Below are positions 1 through 11,689 of a DNA stretch of 40,936 nucleotides, one piece after another. Where the stretch lies: positions 33,397,433-33,438,368 of the forward strand of contig NC_069000.1 of assembly GCF_001194135.2 (NCBI RefSeq), in the 5' to 3' direction. A program made the translations under genes and the position numbers. Position 1 is the first letter of the stretch. Each line of letters begins with the position of its first letter. The stretch is from Octopus bimaculoides. Its lineage: Eukaryota. A model generated the notes under the pieces. The model did not search any database and was not told where the DNA came from. It saw nothing but the letters and a program-made list of their open reading frames with translations.

Positions 1-62
1 TATATATATACATACATACATACATACATACATACATACATACATACATACATACATACATA
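1..62. repeat. (TACA)n microsatellite
   Basis: Direct tandem tacatacataca. Confidence 0.95.
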
Positions 63-239
63 CATGTGTACTCAGTACATTTCGGTTCACCTATCGCGGA
101 GTCCTCATGATATCGCGGGTTTCTGCAGCCGATAGGTATTGATATTTTTTAGATTTTAATTATTTCTGTGGGAGGTTTTGGAACGTAAAATGTGCAATAG
201 TCGAAGGATTACTGTAAACCACTATGCAAAATTAGTCTT

Positions 240-480
240 GTAGTGGCGCGAAATTATAGCCGCAATTGAGGAAGTACTATTCTGCGCATGCGCAGGGGAC
301 TTCACCACCGGAAGCCCCTCGAGTTGCGTATGCGTAGTAAAACTCGTACTTAAACGGTTAGTTTCACTTTCTCAGCAAGTTGAGCCTGAGACCTTCGACG
401 TGACAATACCTCGCTCCTCCACGAAGCACTATTCACCTCGACGCTATCGATATGGTAGCTATTTGATCCTCTGACAGGCA
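240..480. promoter_or_regulatory. CpG-enriched patch with NRF1-type and ETS-type motifs; possible promoter, or a DNA-transposon internal segment
   Basis: Perfect TGCGCATGCGCA palindrome at 283-294 (NRF1 consensus), CCGGAAG at 308-314 (ETS core) and a variant TGCGTATGCGTA at about 325-336, in locally CpG-rich sequence. No linked exon identified. Confidence 0.35.
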
Positions 481-1213
481 TCAAGGAAGCCCTTAACCTT
501 CCATTACCAAACTACAACTCAATCAGCGGCTGCTAAGCTGAATGACAGGAATTGTGGAACCAAGCATCATCATAAATAAAACCTTTTTATTATGTTGTTA
601 ATTGTTCTAATGTCTCTTCATATATAATGCTGTTGAAAGGTGATAGAGAGAGACTAAAAGTCATTATTACAACTATATGATACCATTTACAGTCTGTTTG
701 ACTAAAATTGCTCCCCTTTACTGTAAGACAGTGGGGCGGGCTGTCTTTCAAAACTCATTCTATGAAAAGTAGGTGGTTGGATTCCAAAAGACTGAGAACC
801 ATTGCTTTATAACAAACTTCTAACAAAGAATTGCTAATTAGGTATGAAATCACTTAGTGACTTCAGTTGTGAAATTATGTAACATTGGCTTCAATCTGAT
901 GCATGAGTTTGAAAATGATATATGTGTTTGGTTGTTTCTTAGCAGAAACTATTTTATTTTGTGTCAAGTTCAGTTTGTTACTAGTTTGAACGTGACAGCT
1001 AAGTGGATAGGTTACTGCTCTGACTATTGATATGCCGTGTCCAAATCTGTTTTCTGATGGTGTTGTGATTCTAAAACAGTACATTTTAATAAACATTATA
1101 TCATTTTAATAGGGTGTCGGTTGGAGTTCGCACTGGATCACCCATGAATGTCAACCAACGACAGAGTGATGTGGTATTAAGATTTAAAAAAAGTGATATA
1201 CATCTCATCTTAC

Positions 1214-1343
1214 ACTGAGAAACAGGGGATCAGCGCAAGGTCCGCAAATGTCCCTGGAAAATTACCAAACATTTTGTGCGTCACACCACAGCAATATAAA
1301 CATTTGATACGAATGCGGGTGTGAGATGACTGTTTAACATTTG
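1214..1343 (-). CDS. Candidate internal exon (phase 1 to 2), unknown product
   Basis: Acceptor tgtgtcttccag|, donor AGT|gtaaga; 130 nt open frame xNVKQSSHTRIRIKCLYCCGVTHKMFGNFPGTFADLALIPCFS. No recognised homology. Confidence 0.2.
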
Positions 1344-1497
1344 CTGGAAGACACAGTATATGTAACATTAGAGAATATTTTAGTCTAAAATATTCCAACG
1401 ATCCGTATTTTATGCCTATTAATTACATCAGCTCTGAAAAGTTGCGTACTCTATGTGTTTATTATACTTCATATTCAATTGTTTTTAAAACTGCACC

Positions 1498-1572
<75 letters not shown>

Positions 1573-1580
1573 TAGTAATC

Positions 1581-1678
<98 letters not shown>

Positions 1679-1737
1679 AAGAAGAAGAAGAAGAAGAAGA
1701 AGAAGAAGAAGAAGAAGAAGAAGAAGAAGAAGAAGAA
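1498..1737. repeat. Compound (AAT)n-(GAA)n microsatellite
   Basis: Direct; it generates the poly-N/I/K/R ORFs at 1412-1799. Confidence 0.97.
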
Positions 1738-1875
1738 TGGTTTCAAATTTTGTCACAAGGGCACCAATTGTGGGTGAGTGGACTAGTCGATTCCATTAAC
1801 CCCAGTGATCAACTGGTACTTGTTTTATCGACCTTGAAAGGATGAAAGGCAAAATCGACCTTAGCGGAATTTGCA
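1738..1875 (-). mobile_element. Octopus tRNA-derived SINE, family B (OR-like) fragment
   Basis: Motif actggtacttgttttatcgacc..gaaaggatgaaaggcaaaatcgacc recurs many times in the window. Confidence 0.75.
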
Positions 1876-2404
1876 TTTATAATTGCTGTTCAACCTGAAC
1901 GTCTGGCCCGAATGCTTGAAATACATTGAACACTGTTGACCCCACACTTACTCTCCCATTGAAATTCTATCCTTGTTATATTAGTTTTTCCGAAAAGTAA
2001 ATCCTGTTTTTTTTTTGTTTTGTTTTCTTTTTGTTTGTTTTTTTGTGTTTCCAATGGATTATTAAACTTGTAAAATATGTCTGGAGATTATAGTTTTTAA
2101 CTATTTCATCAAATATATTATGAAAACAACTAAAGAAAAAGGTTACGTAAAGAACCGTTGGATTGTATGCAGGGGCGGGGAACGCTTAGCAGATTTCGTT
2201 TTCTTGTAGTGCTACAGATTTGGGGGTGAAACCCCAAGAAGTTGACCGATGCTTATATTTATCGACCGCGGGAAAATAATTGACAAAATTGACAATTTGC
2301 TATACTTGAACTTCTAGTACTTGAAACGTAAAATACTACAGAGCATTTTGCCTGGTGGTCTTCTGATTTTGCCATCCACACCTAAAAATGATAATAATCT
2401 GTTC

Positions 2405-2700
2405 TATTATAGGCACCGGGCATGAAATTTCGTGGAGTGGGGGGGCTAAGTCGATTACATTGACTCCTGAACTCAACTGGTCCTTACTTTATCGACTCCG
2501 AAAGGATAAAAGGCAAAGTCGACCTCAACGGCTAATAATGATAATTTTGTGTATCGTAGTCGCAAGGCCACAAATTTGGGTGACAGACGAACTCGAGTCA
2601 CTCAAAGCAAGCATTTGGCTGGTATAAATGTTATCGACTTGGAAAGAATGATCGCAAAATTGACCAGTAAATTAAATACCGAGTGAACTTTGATAAGATG
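2405..2700 (-). mobile_element. Two decayed family B SINE fragments
   Basis: aagtcgattacattgac...tttatcgactccgaaaggataaaaggcaaagtcgacctc, then a second more diverged copy. Confidence 0.65.
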
Positions 2701-3897
2701 TGAACAGCTACCTTCACATATAAGACCTGGGGTGATTCTTTGAAAGATTTCTTGGAAAAACTGTTCGCGATGTATGCCATTACGTACTGTATATTTTGAA
2801 TACATTTTCAAAACAAATATTTCATGAGTTTGTGCTCTCAGTTCATAAAAGCATGACCGTTGATGTGCCAAGGTCGAATGTAATTTCATTATATTTGTAA
2901 GACTTTAAAGTAAGGGGCATTAGTTCACGACAGTAGCTAGCAAAAGGCAGATTCTAGATGGAAGTAGTATAACGAAATATAGCTAATAAACCCTTATGCA
3001 AAATTACCGTCTGTTTTGTTTTGTTTGTTTTTTAACCAAAAGATGCCAAAGCGGAGTTTGCAAAATGCCATTCGGTGAAAGGAGATGCTGAGCCATTCAA
3101 AAGGTTAAGAATTACTGCATTAAACAATCTAATAACTGGTTTATGAAAATTTGCCTACCATCTTCATGGCTTGCTTGATCACGGTCATCCTAAAACAAAA
3201 TAATAAGCTGTCAACAATGCTAGCGTTCTGTCCGGAATTACAATGTAACTGTTCCGTCGTAACTTTGTTTCTACAGATTTTTTAAGTAATACACACTTTT
3301 TATGATGCTTTGTAAAAGATTATTTTAAAACGTGCAGATTAAGATTACGTTGATGAAATTTAGTGGTGGAGGTATTTCTATATTTTTTTTTTATTGAGAA
3401 AATAAAAGAAGTTCGTTTATTCGTTTCAAACTATTCAATATTTTCTTAGGATGATCAATGCTAATAACCATTCACATGGCCCCCAAAACTAATGGGTGAG
3501 GGAGAACGATTTTGATAGGAGTTATGGCCCCTAACAACAGAGCGATGTTCGCTAAAGGTATTCCAAGCCAAGGTGGTGATATTACATAATCGTTGTAAAC
3601 AAACAATGATGTGAGATAAGAGGAAGCGGGCACATTGCAGGATATGACCCAGAGTAATTTCGATCTGTCTTGTATTAGACTTGCTCGTTTATCATTTCAT
3701 TAATGAATATATTCGACTTTTATTGTAGTAGGCTAATCATAAACTAGGAATTTTTATGCCTTCCAATTTCATGTTGACAATAAATAATATTAATTAGAAT
3801 AATATCATAGATAGTTTTCCTCTTCTGAAATTATCACGAGAAAATTATTGAATAATAAAAAATGTATGGACCCTTTCTTTGTGAATAATAATAATAA

Positions 3898-4065
3898 AAG
3901 GGCGTGGCTATGTGGTAAGAAGCTTGCTTCCCAACCACATGGTTCCCTGTTCATTCCCACTACGTAGCACCTTGGACAAGTGTCTTCTTCTATAGCTTCG
4001 GGTCAACCAAAGACCTGTGAATGAATTTGGTAGACGGAAAATTAAAGAAGCCCGCCGTATGTATG

Positions 4066-4109
<44 letters not shown>
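3898..4109 (+). mobile_element. Octopus tRNA-derived SINE, family A (OK/CORE-like), 5' part cut by a gap
   Basis: gtggctatgtggtaagaagcttgcttcccaaccacatggttcc...gcaccttggacaagtgtcttc head, then an internal TA/GT microsatellite. Confidence 0.85.
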
Positions 4110-4801
4110 NNNNNNNNNNNNNNNNNNNNNNNNNNNNNNNNNNNNNNNNNNNNNNNNNNNNNNNNNNNNNNNNNNNNNNNNNNNNNNNNNNNNNNNNNNN
4201 NNNNNNNNNNNNNNNNNNNNNNNNNNNNNNNNNNNNNNNNNNNNNNNNNNNNNNNNNNNNNNNNNNNNNNNNNNNNNNNNNNNNNNNNNNNNNNNNNNNN
4301 NNNNNNNNNNNNNNNNNNNNNNNNNNNNNNNNNNNNNNNNNNNNNNNNNNNNNNNNNNNNNNNNNNNNNNNNNNNNNNNNNNNNNNNNNNNNNNNNNNNN
4401 NNNNNNNNNNNNNNNNNNNNNNNNNNNNNNNNNNNNNNNNNNNNNNNNNNNNNNNNNNNNNNNNNNNNNNNNNNNNNNNNNNNNNNNNNNNNNNNNNNNN
4501 NNNNNNNNNNNNNNNNNNNNNNNNNNNNNNNNNNNNNNNNNNNNNNNNNNNNNNNNNNNNNNNNNNNNNNNNNNNNNNNNNNNNNNNNNNNNNNNNNNNN
4601 NNNNNNNNNNNNNNNNNNNNNNNNNNNNNNNNNNNNNNNNNNNNNNNNNNNNNNNNNNNNNNNNNNNNNNNNNNNNNNNNNNNNNNNNNNNNNNNNNNNN
4701 NNNNNNNNNNNNNNNNNNNNNNNNNNNNNNNNNNNNNNNNNNNNNNNNNNNNNNNNNNNNNNNNNNNNNNNNNNNNNNNNNNNNNNNNNNNNNNNNNNNN
4801 N
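4110..4801. other. Assembly gap
   Basis: N run. Confidence 1.
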
Positions 4802-4954
4802 TGAACATGTTTTAATGAGAGTAATAACATAGGGAAAAGGAAGTCTAGAAATGAAATTGTATCACAGTAATAAGAACATAAACAAATTTAAACACTGTTT
4901 GAAAATATGCAGCGAGCTCTGAAAGATCGGGTTCACCCAACTGGGAGTACATAC

Positions 4955-5085
4955 TGTGAGTTTTATGATTCAACGTTGTGTGACCTGGTTTAACCTTTAT
5001 CATTGCCACAACAGCAACTAACATCAGCAGAACTACCACCGCCATGACAAATACCATTGGCGTCATCGGAACGACAATACCAATC
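4955..5085 (-). CDS. Candidate transmembrane-helix exon (phase 2 to 1) of a single-pass membrane protein
   Basis: Long poly-T tract ending ...tttgctttacacgtgtaaag|, donor A|gtatgt; 131 nt encoding IGIVVPMTPMVFVMAVVVLLMLVAVVAMIKVKPGHTTLNHKTH (hydrophobic stretch then basic residues). Confidence 0.4.
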
Positions 5086-5254
5086 CTTTACACGTGTAAA
5101 GCAAAAAAAAAAAAAGATACTTGTGATGTTTTTATCCACTGACATATTCTCCAAACGTACACGAAAGGTCTTGGTTTCAAATCAAGAATCCGCCATATTT
5201 TGTCTGTTCGCATTGCTTTAAAGTTTATGAACAAAAGCCATTTCAATATTCTAT

Positions 5255-5460
5255 GATTTTTTTTTTTCTAATTTGTACAAAAGGCTGGCAATTTTGAGGC
5301 TTATTGGTTAATTATTATTTGATTCATACTTCCTTTTCTGGAAGAATGGCAAGCAAAGCTGACATCGGTGGCATTTGAACTCAGAATATAAGCAGTAGAA
5401 ATACCGGAGAGTGTTTATTCCGAAGCTCTTAACGATTCTGCTGGTCCACCAGCCAATATG
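5255..5460 (-). mobile_element. Decayed family B SINE
   Basis: aatttgtacaaaaggctggcaatttt...gcaaagctgacatcggtggcatttgaactcagaa...aacgattctgctggtccacc. Confidence 0.6.
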
Positions 5461-6059
5461 AATATTTTATGTCATGTTTCAAGCCACTCTAAGGAGATAT
5501 TAATTTCAGCCCTATGGATTCAATAAGGAAGCAGTGTAAAAATAGGCCTTACACATGTTTGCACGCGCAGCCAAGCAGTTATGCTTATTAGATAAATCAA
5601 TTACGGCTAATTAATCTCCTTTACTATTACATCCTTTGCAGCAAGTTATCTGCTAAGGACAGAAGCGTTCAACGCAGAACGATATTCATCCCTCATCTGT
5701 ATAACAGTATAAAACAGAGTCACTTACACTTAGAGAATTTATATATTAAGCACTGTTACTATTCCCAAAGTGGGTTTCTAGATCTGGTTGTATATCTCAT
5801 TCCTAACAAGAAAATCAACTGAATCACTTCCATCATTTCTCATGGAGCCAAAACCATTTTGCTATATGCAGTAAATAAATAGGTGAATGTATAAATCGTT
5901 GGCTTACACTCTTCTCAATCACAGAAACATGCATGTTGTTCACATTATAGTATATGGAATATCGTCCAGCTGTAGCAAGAGATGTACCCAAGAAATTGAT
6001 GGGCTTCGGTACACTTCATAATATATTGTAATCAATGCTATCAAATATTTTTTTCAATA

Positions 6060-6142
6060 CACACACGTGTGTGTGTGTGTGTGTGTAGTAGTTGTAGTAA
6101 TGGTGGTAGTGGTGGTGGTGGTGGTAGTAGTAGTAGTAGTTT
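6060..6142. repeat. Compound (GT)n/(GTA)n/(GTG)n microsatellite
   Basis: Direct. Confidence 0.9.
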
Positions 6143-6517
6143 ACGAATGCGCTCAATAAATTCTTATTCAAGATATAAAATTTATAGCGCATAAATGGCA
6201 TATGTGCGTGTAAATAAATGTGCAGACATTCTGTGTGTATGTGTGTGTGTATGTAACAGAATATTGAGTTTCATTTAGTTTTGCTATTCTTAAAACTTTT
6301 CCATAATATAAGTAAATAAGTATGGTAAATGTATAAATTCTCCTCTGACACCATTCCGAATCTAAGAAACAAATATTTTTTTTTCTAATTTTAACTCGTT
6401 GGATATTAAACAAATAAATGCTAAATAAACTGGAAACCCCGTGTCCTCCAATGCACTCTTTCATATATTGCGATCAGCTCCAACATATATATAAACATGA
6501 TTTATATATATATATAT

Positions 6518-7423
6518 NNNNNNNNNNNNNNNNNNNNNNNNNNNNNNNNNNNNNNNNNNNNNNNNNNNNNNNNNNNNNNNNNNNNNNNNNNNNNNNNNNN
6601 NNNNNNNNNNNNNNNNNNNNNNNNNNNNNNNNNNNNNNNNNNNNNNNNNNNNNNNNNNNNNNNNNNNNNNNNNNNNNNNNNNNNNNNNNNNNNNNNNNNN
6701 NNNNNNNNNNNNNNNNNNNNNNNNNNNNNNNNNNNNNNNNNNNNNNNNNNNNNNNNNNNNNNNNNNNNNNNNNNNNNNNNNNNNNNNNNNNNNNNNNNNN
6801 NNNNNNNNNNNNNNNNNNNNNNNNNNNNNNNNNNNNNNNNNNNNNNNNNNNNNNNNNNNNNNNNNNNNNNNNNNNNNNNNNNNNNNNNNNNNNNNNNNNN
6901 NNNNNNNNNNNNNNNNNNNNNNNNNNNNNNNNNNNNNNNNNNNNNNNNNNNNNNNNNNNNNNNNNNNNNNNNNNNNNNNNNNNNNNNNNNNNNNNNNNNN
7001 NNNNNNNNNNNNNNNNNNNNNNNNNNNNNNNNNNNNNNNNNNNNNNNNNNNNNNNNNNNNNNNNNNNNNNNNNNNNNNNNNNNNNNNNNNNNNNNNNNNN
7101 NNNNNNNNNNNNNNNNNNNNNNNNNNNNNNNNNNNNNNNNNNNNNNNNNNNNNNNNNNNNNNNNNNNNNNNNNNNNNNNNNNNNNNNNNNNNNNNNNNNN
7201 NNNNNNNNNNNNNNNNNNNNNNNNNNNNNNNNNNNNNNNNNNNNNNNNNNNNNNNNNNNNNNNNNNNNNNNNNNNNNNNNNNNNNNNNNNNNNNNNNNNN
7301 NNNNNNNNNNNNNNNNNNNNNNNNNNNNNNNNNNNNNNNNNNNNNNNNNNNNNNNNNNNNNNNNNNNNNNNNNNNNNNNNNNNNNNNNNNNNNNNNNNNN
7401 NNNNNNNNNNNNNNNNNNNNNNN
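6518..7423. other. Assembly gap flanked by (TA)n
   Basis: N run. Confidence 1.
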
Positions 7424-7473
<50 letters not shown>

Positions 7474-7715
7474 TATTTAGTCTGTGTATGTGTGTGCGCG
7501 CGTGTACATGTATGTATTTTGTATGTATGTATGTATGTATGTATAAAATAGTGTGGTGATGAAAGCTCCCACCCATCAGGTCCACTGTTGGCGGATAGGG
7601 GAATTCCTGTAGATATATACGTTACTGGGAATATTCAATAAGCAGTGCCGGACAAAGTCATGCTTTGCCATTTGGCAAGGCACAACACTCGTTATCCAAC
7701 TTCCCAAGATGTCAT

Positions 7716-8175
7716 ATATGCCTTTTACCCATTTTTTATCTTCAATGTCATCGTTGTTGTTTACATCTGGCGTCTCGGATACGTAACTAAAAATCAGTGC
7801 TGGCTGTAATTTCTAAGGAAAAATGATGTAATAGCACTGCTAACACAGTTGAACACAGCATTGACTTATAAAAGCGTTTAATATATTTTGTAATATCTCA
7901 TGGTTGCATAACGAAATACAGTGTCCCCATAAGTCATTAATATTTACGTACCAGCTTCCAAGAATGAGTTACACCGTTATATCTTGTGACTATTTAAGCA
8001 ATGAGTTCGTGAATGATTAATGGTTTGCATGAATGCTTTTAAAGGAGCAAAAGTTCCTGAAATATATCATGTACACCCATTACCCATTTTTCATCTTCGA
8101 TTTCATTGCTATTGTTTACATCTGCCGTCTCGGATACGAAACGTCGAAACAAAAATCAGTGCTGGCTTTTCTATT
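7716..8175. repeat. Local direct duplication of about 95 bp (7716-7812 and 8068-8175), period about 350 bp
   Basis: ttacccattttttatcttcaatgtcatcgttgttgtttacatctggcgtctcggatacg..aaaaatcagtgctggct versus ttacccatttttcatcttcgatttcattgctattgtttacatctgccgtctcggatacg..aaaaatcagtgctggct. Confidence 0.9.
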
Positions 8176-8529
8176 GAAAATCTGTAGAGATAACATTAAT
8201 ATGTGAAGTAATAGTAGGTTCTGAGAATATTATGAGAGCATTGCTTGCTGCACAGAATTTATTGACCTTGATCGTGTTTATGTATGTTCTCTGTGATGTA
8301 CATAATTATCATCTAAGAAAGGAAAGCCTTGATGAATTTCTAAAACCATGAATAGTAAAGATAATGATAAAAGATATTCCTATCAGCGTTTACGGATGTT
8401 ATCAAGGAATGCATTATATTAGTGTAGCTGATAGCAAACACTTATACATAGACGGACAAAGAAGCAATGTGTACATGCAAAATCATACACACAATCACAC
8501 ATGTAAATACACATATGTATATATGCATG

Positions 8530-9245
8530 TATAAAGAGATAGCGCTACAAATAAACACGCTCTGGTTGGATAGATAAAAATATATACATACATATTCACA
8601 TGTAAATATACGTAGGGATATATATAGAAAGAGAAACAAAAACAGAAATTATTCAGATGAACATTCGTATATAAGCATATAGATATTTATATATTTATAG
8701 AACAAATTTACAAAAAAATATAGAAAACTAAGGTGAAAGGACATGATATTCCAGGTCCAACTGTTTGCGGGGACTCGCAATATTCTGATAGTTGTAATTT
8801 GACAGATGGAGTGTGCAAGAAACCAAAGATCGGCAACTTGCAAAGGTCAGTTGCCGATCTTTCAACCATGACGAAGGAGGGTCGGTTAACTGTAATGTTT
8901 ATATGCATCCATTACTGATGGCATATCTTTGAATTTTTACACACTCCATCTAACATCAAAACTATTATGTAATTACGGACCCCAGAAACAGCTGTCGGAC
9001 CTGAAATACCATATCATATTCTCTCCCCTTATTTTACTGTACTTTTTGTACTCCATGTAAATTTGTCCTGTAAATAAATAAATAACTATATACTTATACA
9101 CAAGTGTATCTTCTGAATATTTTCAATTTTTGTTTCTCTCAATGTATATCCCTATATATATTTACATGTGTATATATATATATGTATGAATATTTCATAT
9201 ATCAAGCCCAAGCGTGATTAATTGTATCATTATCTCCTTATAAGC
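8530..9245. repeat. Long imperfect inverted repeat (arms about 8530-8830 and 8925-9245) with a perfect 14-bp stem (8825-8862) in the centre
   Basis: For example cacatgtaaatatacgtagggatatatatagaaagagaaacaaaaacagaaattattcag matches the reverse complement of about 9110-9172; agatggagtgtgcaagaaaccaaagat matches the reverse complement of about 8925-8951. Confidence 0.9.
8916..9000 (-). CDS. Candidate exon (phase 1 to 2) inside the right arm of the foldback
   Basis: Acceptor ggtatttcag|, donor CA|gtaatg; encodes GPTAVSGVRNYIIVLMLDGVCKNSKICH. In phase with the upstream donor CAG|gtaagc at 9250. Confidence 0.3.
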
Positions 9246-9249
9246 TTAC

Positions 9250-9352
9250 CTGGATTCCTCTTATAGCCGATCCTCACACTGCGGACTTCAGCCTTGATAA
9301 AAACTTCGGAGTGTAAGTTCAAATCCTTTGAGCACTGCAACTTCCAGACGCA
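9250..9352 (-). CDS. Candidate exon ending in phase 1 (5' boundary uncertain)
   Basis: Strong donor CCAG|gtaagc. The only long open frame reads CVWKLQCSKDLNLHSEVFIKAEVRSVRIGYKRNP(G). The acceptor is weak. Confidence 0.25.
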
Positions 9353-9399
9353 CTACTTGATATTTGCATTTAACCACTATTTTCTAAACCTTAATTCTT

Positions 9400-9433
<34 letters not shown>

Positions 9434-10123
9434 TGTATGTATATTTGTATCTGGTGTTTTATGTGAATTTATGGAAAGGTATCCCAAATTTGTTAAAAAT
9501 GGAGAAGAGAAGATTTTAAAATTTGAAAGAATGCATGTATTAAAATTCTTTCAAATTTTAACATCTACATTTTTAAGAAATCTGTTGAGTTCTATGGGAT
9601 ACCTTTCCATAAATTCACATAACACTCCACATGCAAGTATTATTTTCATATTCCCTAACTTACACCAGTAAGCTACCAGCAAAATTTTTATTAGAAATCG
9701 TTTTTTGGAACCCTCCAAACTGAAAGGACCATATATAATCCAACCTTTTCACCTATATTTTACTATATTTTTATCTATATATTGATATATATATATTTAT
9801 ATTTATGCATGCATGTAAATATACATGTGTGTGTGAGTGAATGTTTTTGATATATATGCATTTTTTCCCTTAGAGAGTTACACTTCCTCTTCAGAAGGTT
9901 GCACTTAACCCATAAGACGTTTATATGCAGTCTTAAGACATCAAGTTCCTCACCTTTGCCTTAGGGAATGTAAAATTATATTTACTACATTCTGTACTCA
10001 ATAGAATTCAAACATAATTTGAGGCCTGCAGACACACACACACATATATATTTCTGTGTATATTACATACACATATTATATATATATATATCAATAAGTA
10101 TATTTACGTGTGTATATATATAT

Positions 10124-10600
10124 NNNNNNNNNNNNNNNNNNNNNNNNNNNNNNNNNNNNNNNNNNNNNNNNNNNNNNNNNNNNNNNNNNNNNNNNNNNNN
10201 NNNNNNNNNNNNNNNNNNNNNNNNNNNNNNNNNNNNNNNNNNNNNNNNNNNNNNNNNNNNNNNNNNNNNNNNNNNNNNNNNNNNNNNNNNNNNNNNNNNN
10301 NNNNNNNNNNNNNNNNNNNNNNNNNNNNNNNNNNNNNNNNNNNNNNNNNNNNNNNNNNNNNNNNNNNNNNNNNNNNNNNNNNNNNNNNNNNNNNNNNNNN
10401 NNNNNNNNNNNNNNNNNNNNNNNNNNNNNNNNNNNNNNNNNNNNNNNNNNNNNNNNNNNNNNNNNNNNNNNNNNNNNNNNNNNNNNNNNNNNNNNNNNNN
10501 NNNNNNNNNNNNNNNNNNNNNNNNNNNNNNNNNNNNNNNNNNNNNNNNNNNNNNNNNNNNNNNNNNNNNNNNNNNNNNNNNNNNNNNNNNNNNNNNNNNN
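10124..10600. other. Assembly gap flanked by (TA)n
   Basis: N run. Confidence 1.
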
Positions 10601-10635
<35 letters not shown>

Positions 10636-11394
10636 CGGAGATGTACTTGCATAGCAAGTGACATGATGTGAGATCGTGTGCTGAAACAAAACCAATTGCA
10701 GCGTGGAAGGTGTTTATAAGCCATTTAAAAACATAATTTTTCTTTCACATTTGTCATTTATTCTTATAGCAAACAAGTTCCTTGCACTATATTTCAAAAT
10801 ATCGCAGGACAACTCTTACTCTACTCTCTTTACACAGACACACACACACACGCACGCACACACACACACACACACAGAATCTGTTTTATTCTCAGCTGTT
10901 ATAATGTTGCCATTAAAATGTCACGTGATATTATTTTTACAAATTTAATTTAATCAATGTTTCTCTTGCTGTTGCTACTTCTATTACTGTTGTCGTAGTT
11001 TAGTCTCCTTTTGGCCCTGACCTGGCAGTCCTATTATGAGAGGCACTTCTAGCTGTGAATATTCTTTATTATTTGAGTCCTGCCATATTTTGGACCACGT
11101 TATCTAGTATGACTTCCCGTCTTCTTTCTGTTAAATTATAATGTAAAAAATGTCGTTATTTCCCGCAGACAGTATTGGTGGTATTTTTGGTTGGTTGTTG
11201 TTGTTGTTGTTGTTACAATAGTTGTAGTTATTTTGTGATTGTGTAGGTTTTTCTTCTTCATCAACCTTCGACGTGGTTGAAAAATTCCAAACAGTCTAGA
11301 TTGATAGTGGGTTGGACTATTCATACTTTCGATCGCTGAATACAAAACCTTACTCGCGAGACGTCCGTTCAGGTGATTTTCCTGAGTCAACATC

Positions 11395-11525
11395 TGACAC
11401 TTATACGCCAGCTGAGTGGACTGGAGCAACCGGAAACGAAGTGTTTTGATCAAGCGGTCTGTGAATCGAAACCACGATCTTGCAATCGTGAGTACAACAC
11501 CCTAACCACTAGGCCACGTGACTTC
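11395..11525 (-). mobile_element. CORE-like tRNA-derived SINE fragment
   Basis: Reverse strand reads cacgtggcctagtggttagggtgttgtactcacgattgcaagatcgtggtttcgattc (tRNA A/B-box-like head), then cttgatcaaaacactt (CORE-like). Confidence 0.7.
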
Positions 11526-11689
11526 ACTCGTTCTTATGGAATCAGTCAATGGTATAGAAATTGTTGCGGTAGTTATAGTGGTGCCTGTTCGGGTTGCAGT
11601 AGTGTTGGCTATGACAAGCCTCGCTGTGATGGCGGTGATTGTTTTTTTTTCCTCCTATTGTTATGTTGGCTATTTTTATAGGCTGCTTT

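Noticed and set aside
1412-1799. Poly-N/I/K/R ORFs
   Set aside because: Translations of (AAT)n and (GAA)n microsatellites.
5740-5970. Minus-strand donors AGT|gtaagc and AGT|gtaagt with a short open frame, AGRYSIYYNVNNMHVSVIEKS
   Set aside because: Implied introns are only about 30-46 nt or the next frames hit stops; phases do not fit the other candidates.
9267-9312. Plus-strand micro-exon (ctcttatag|...AGT|gtaagt)
   Set aside because: Overlaps the minus-strand candidate exon, fits no plus-strand chain and has no homology.
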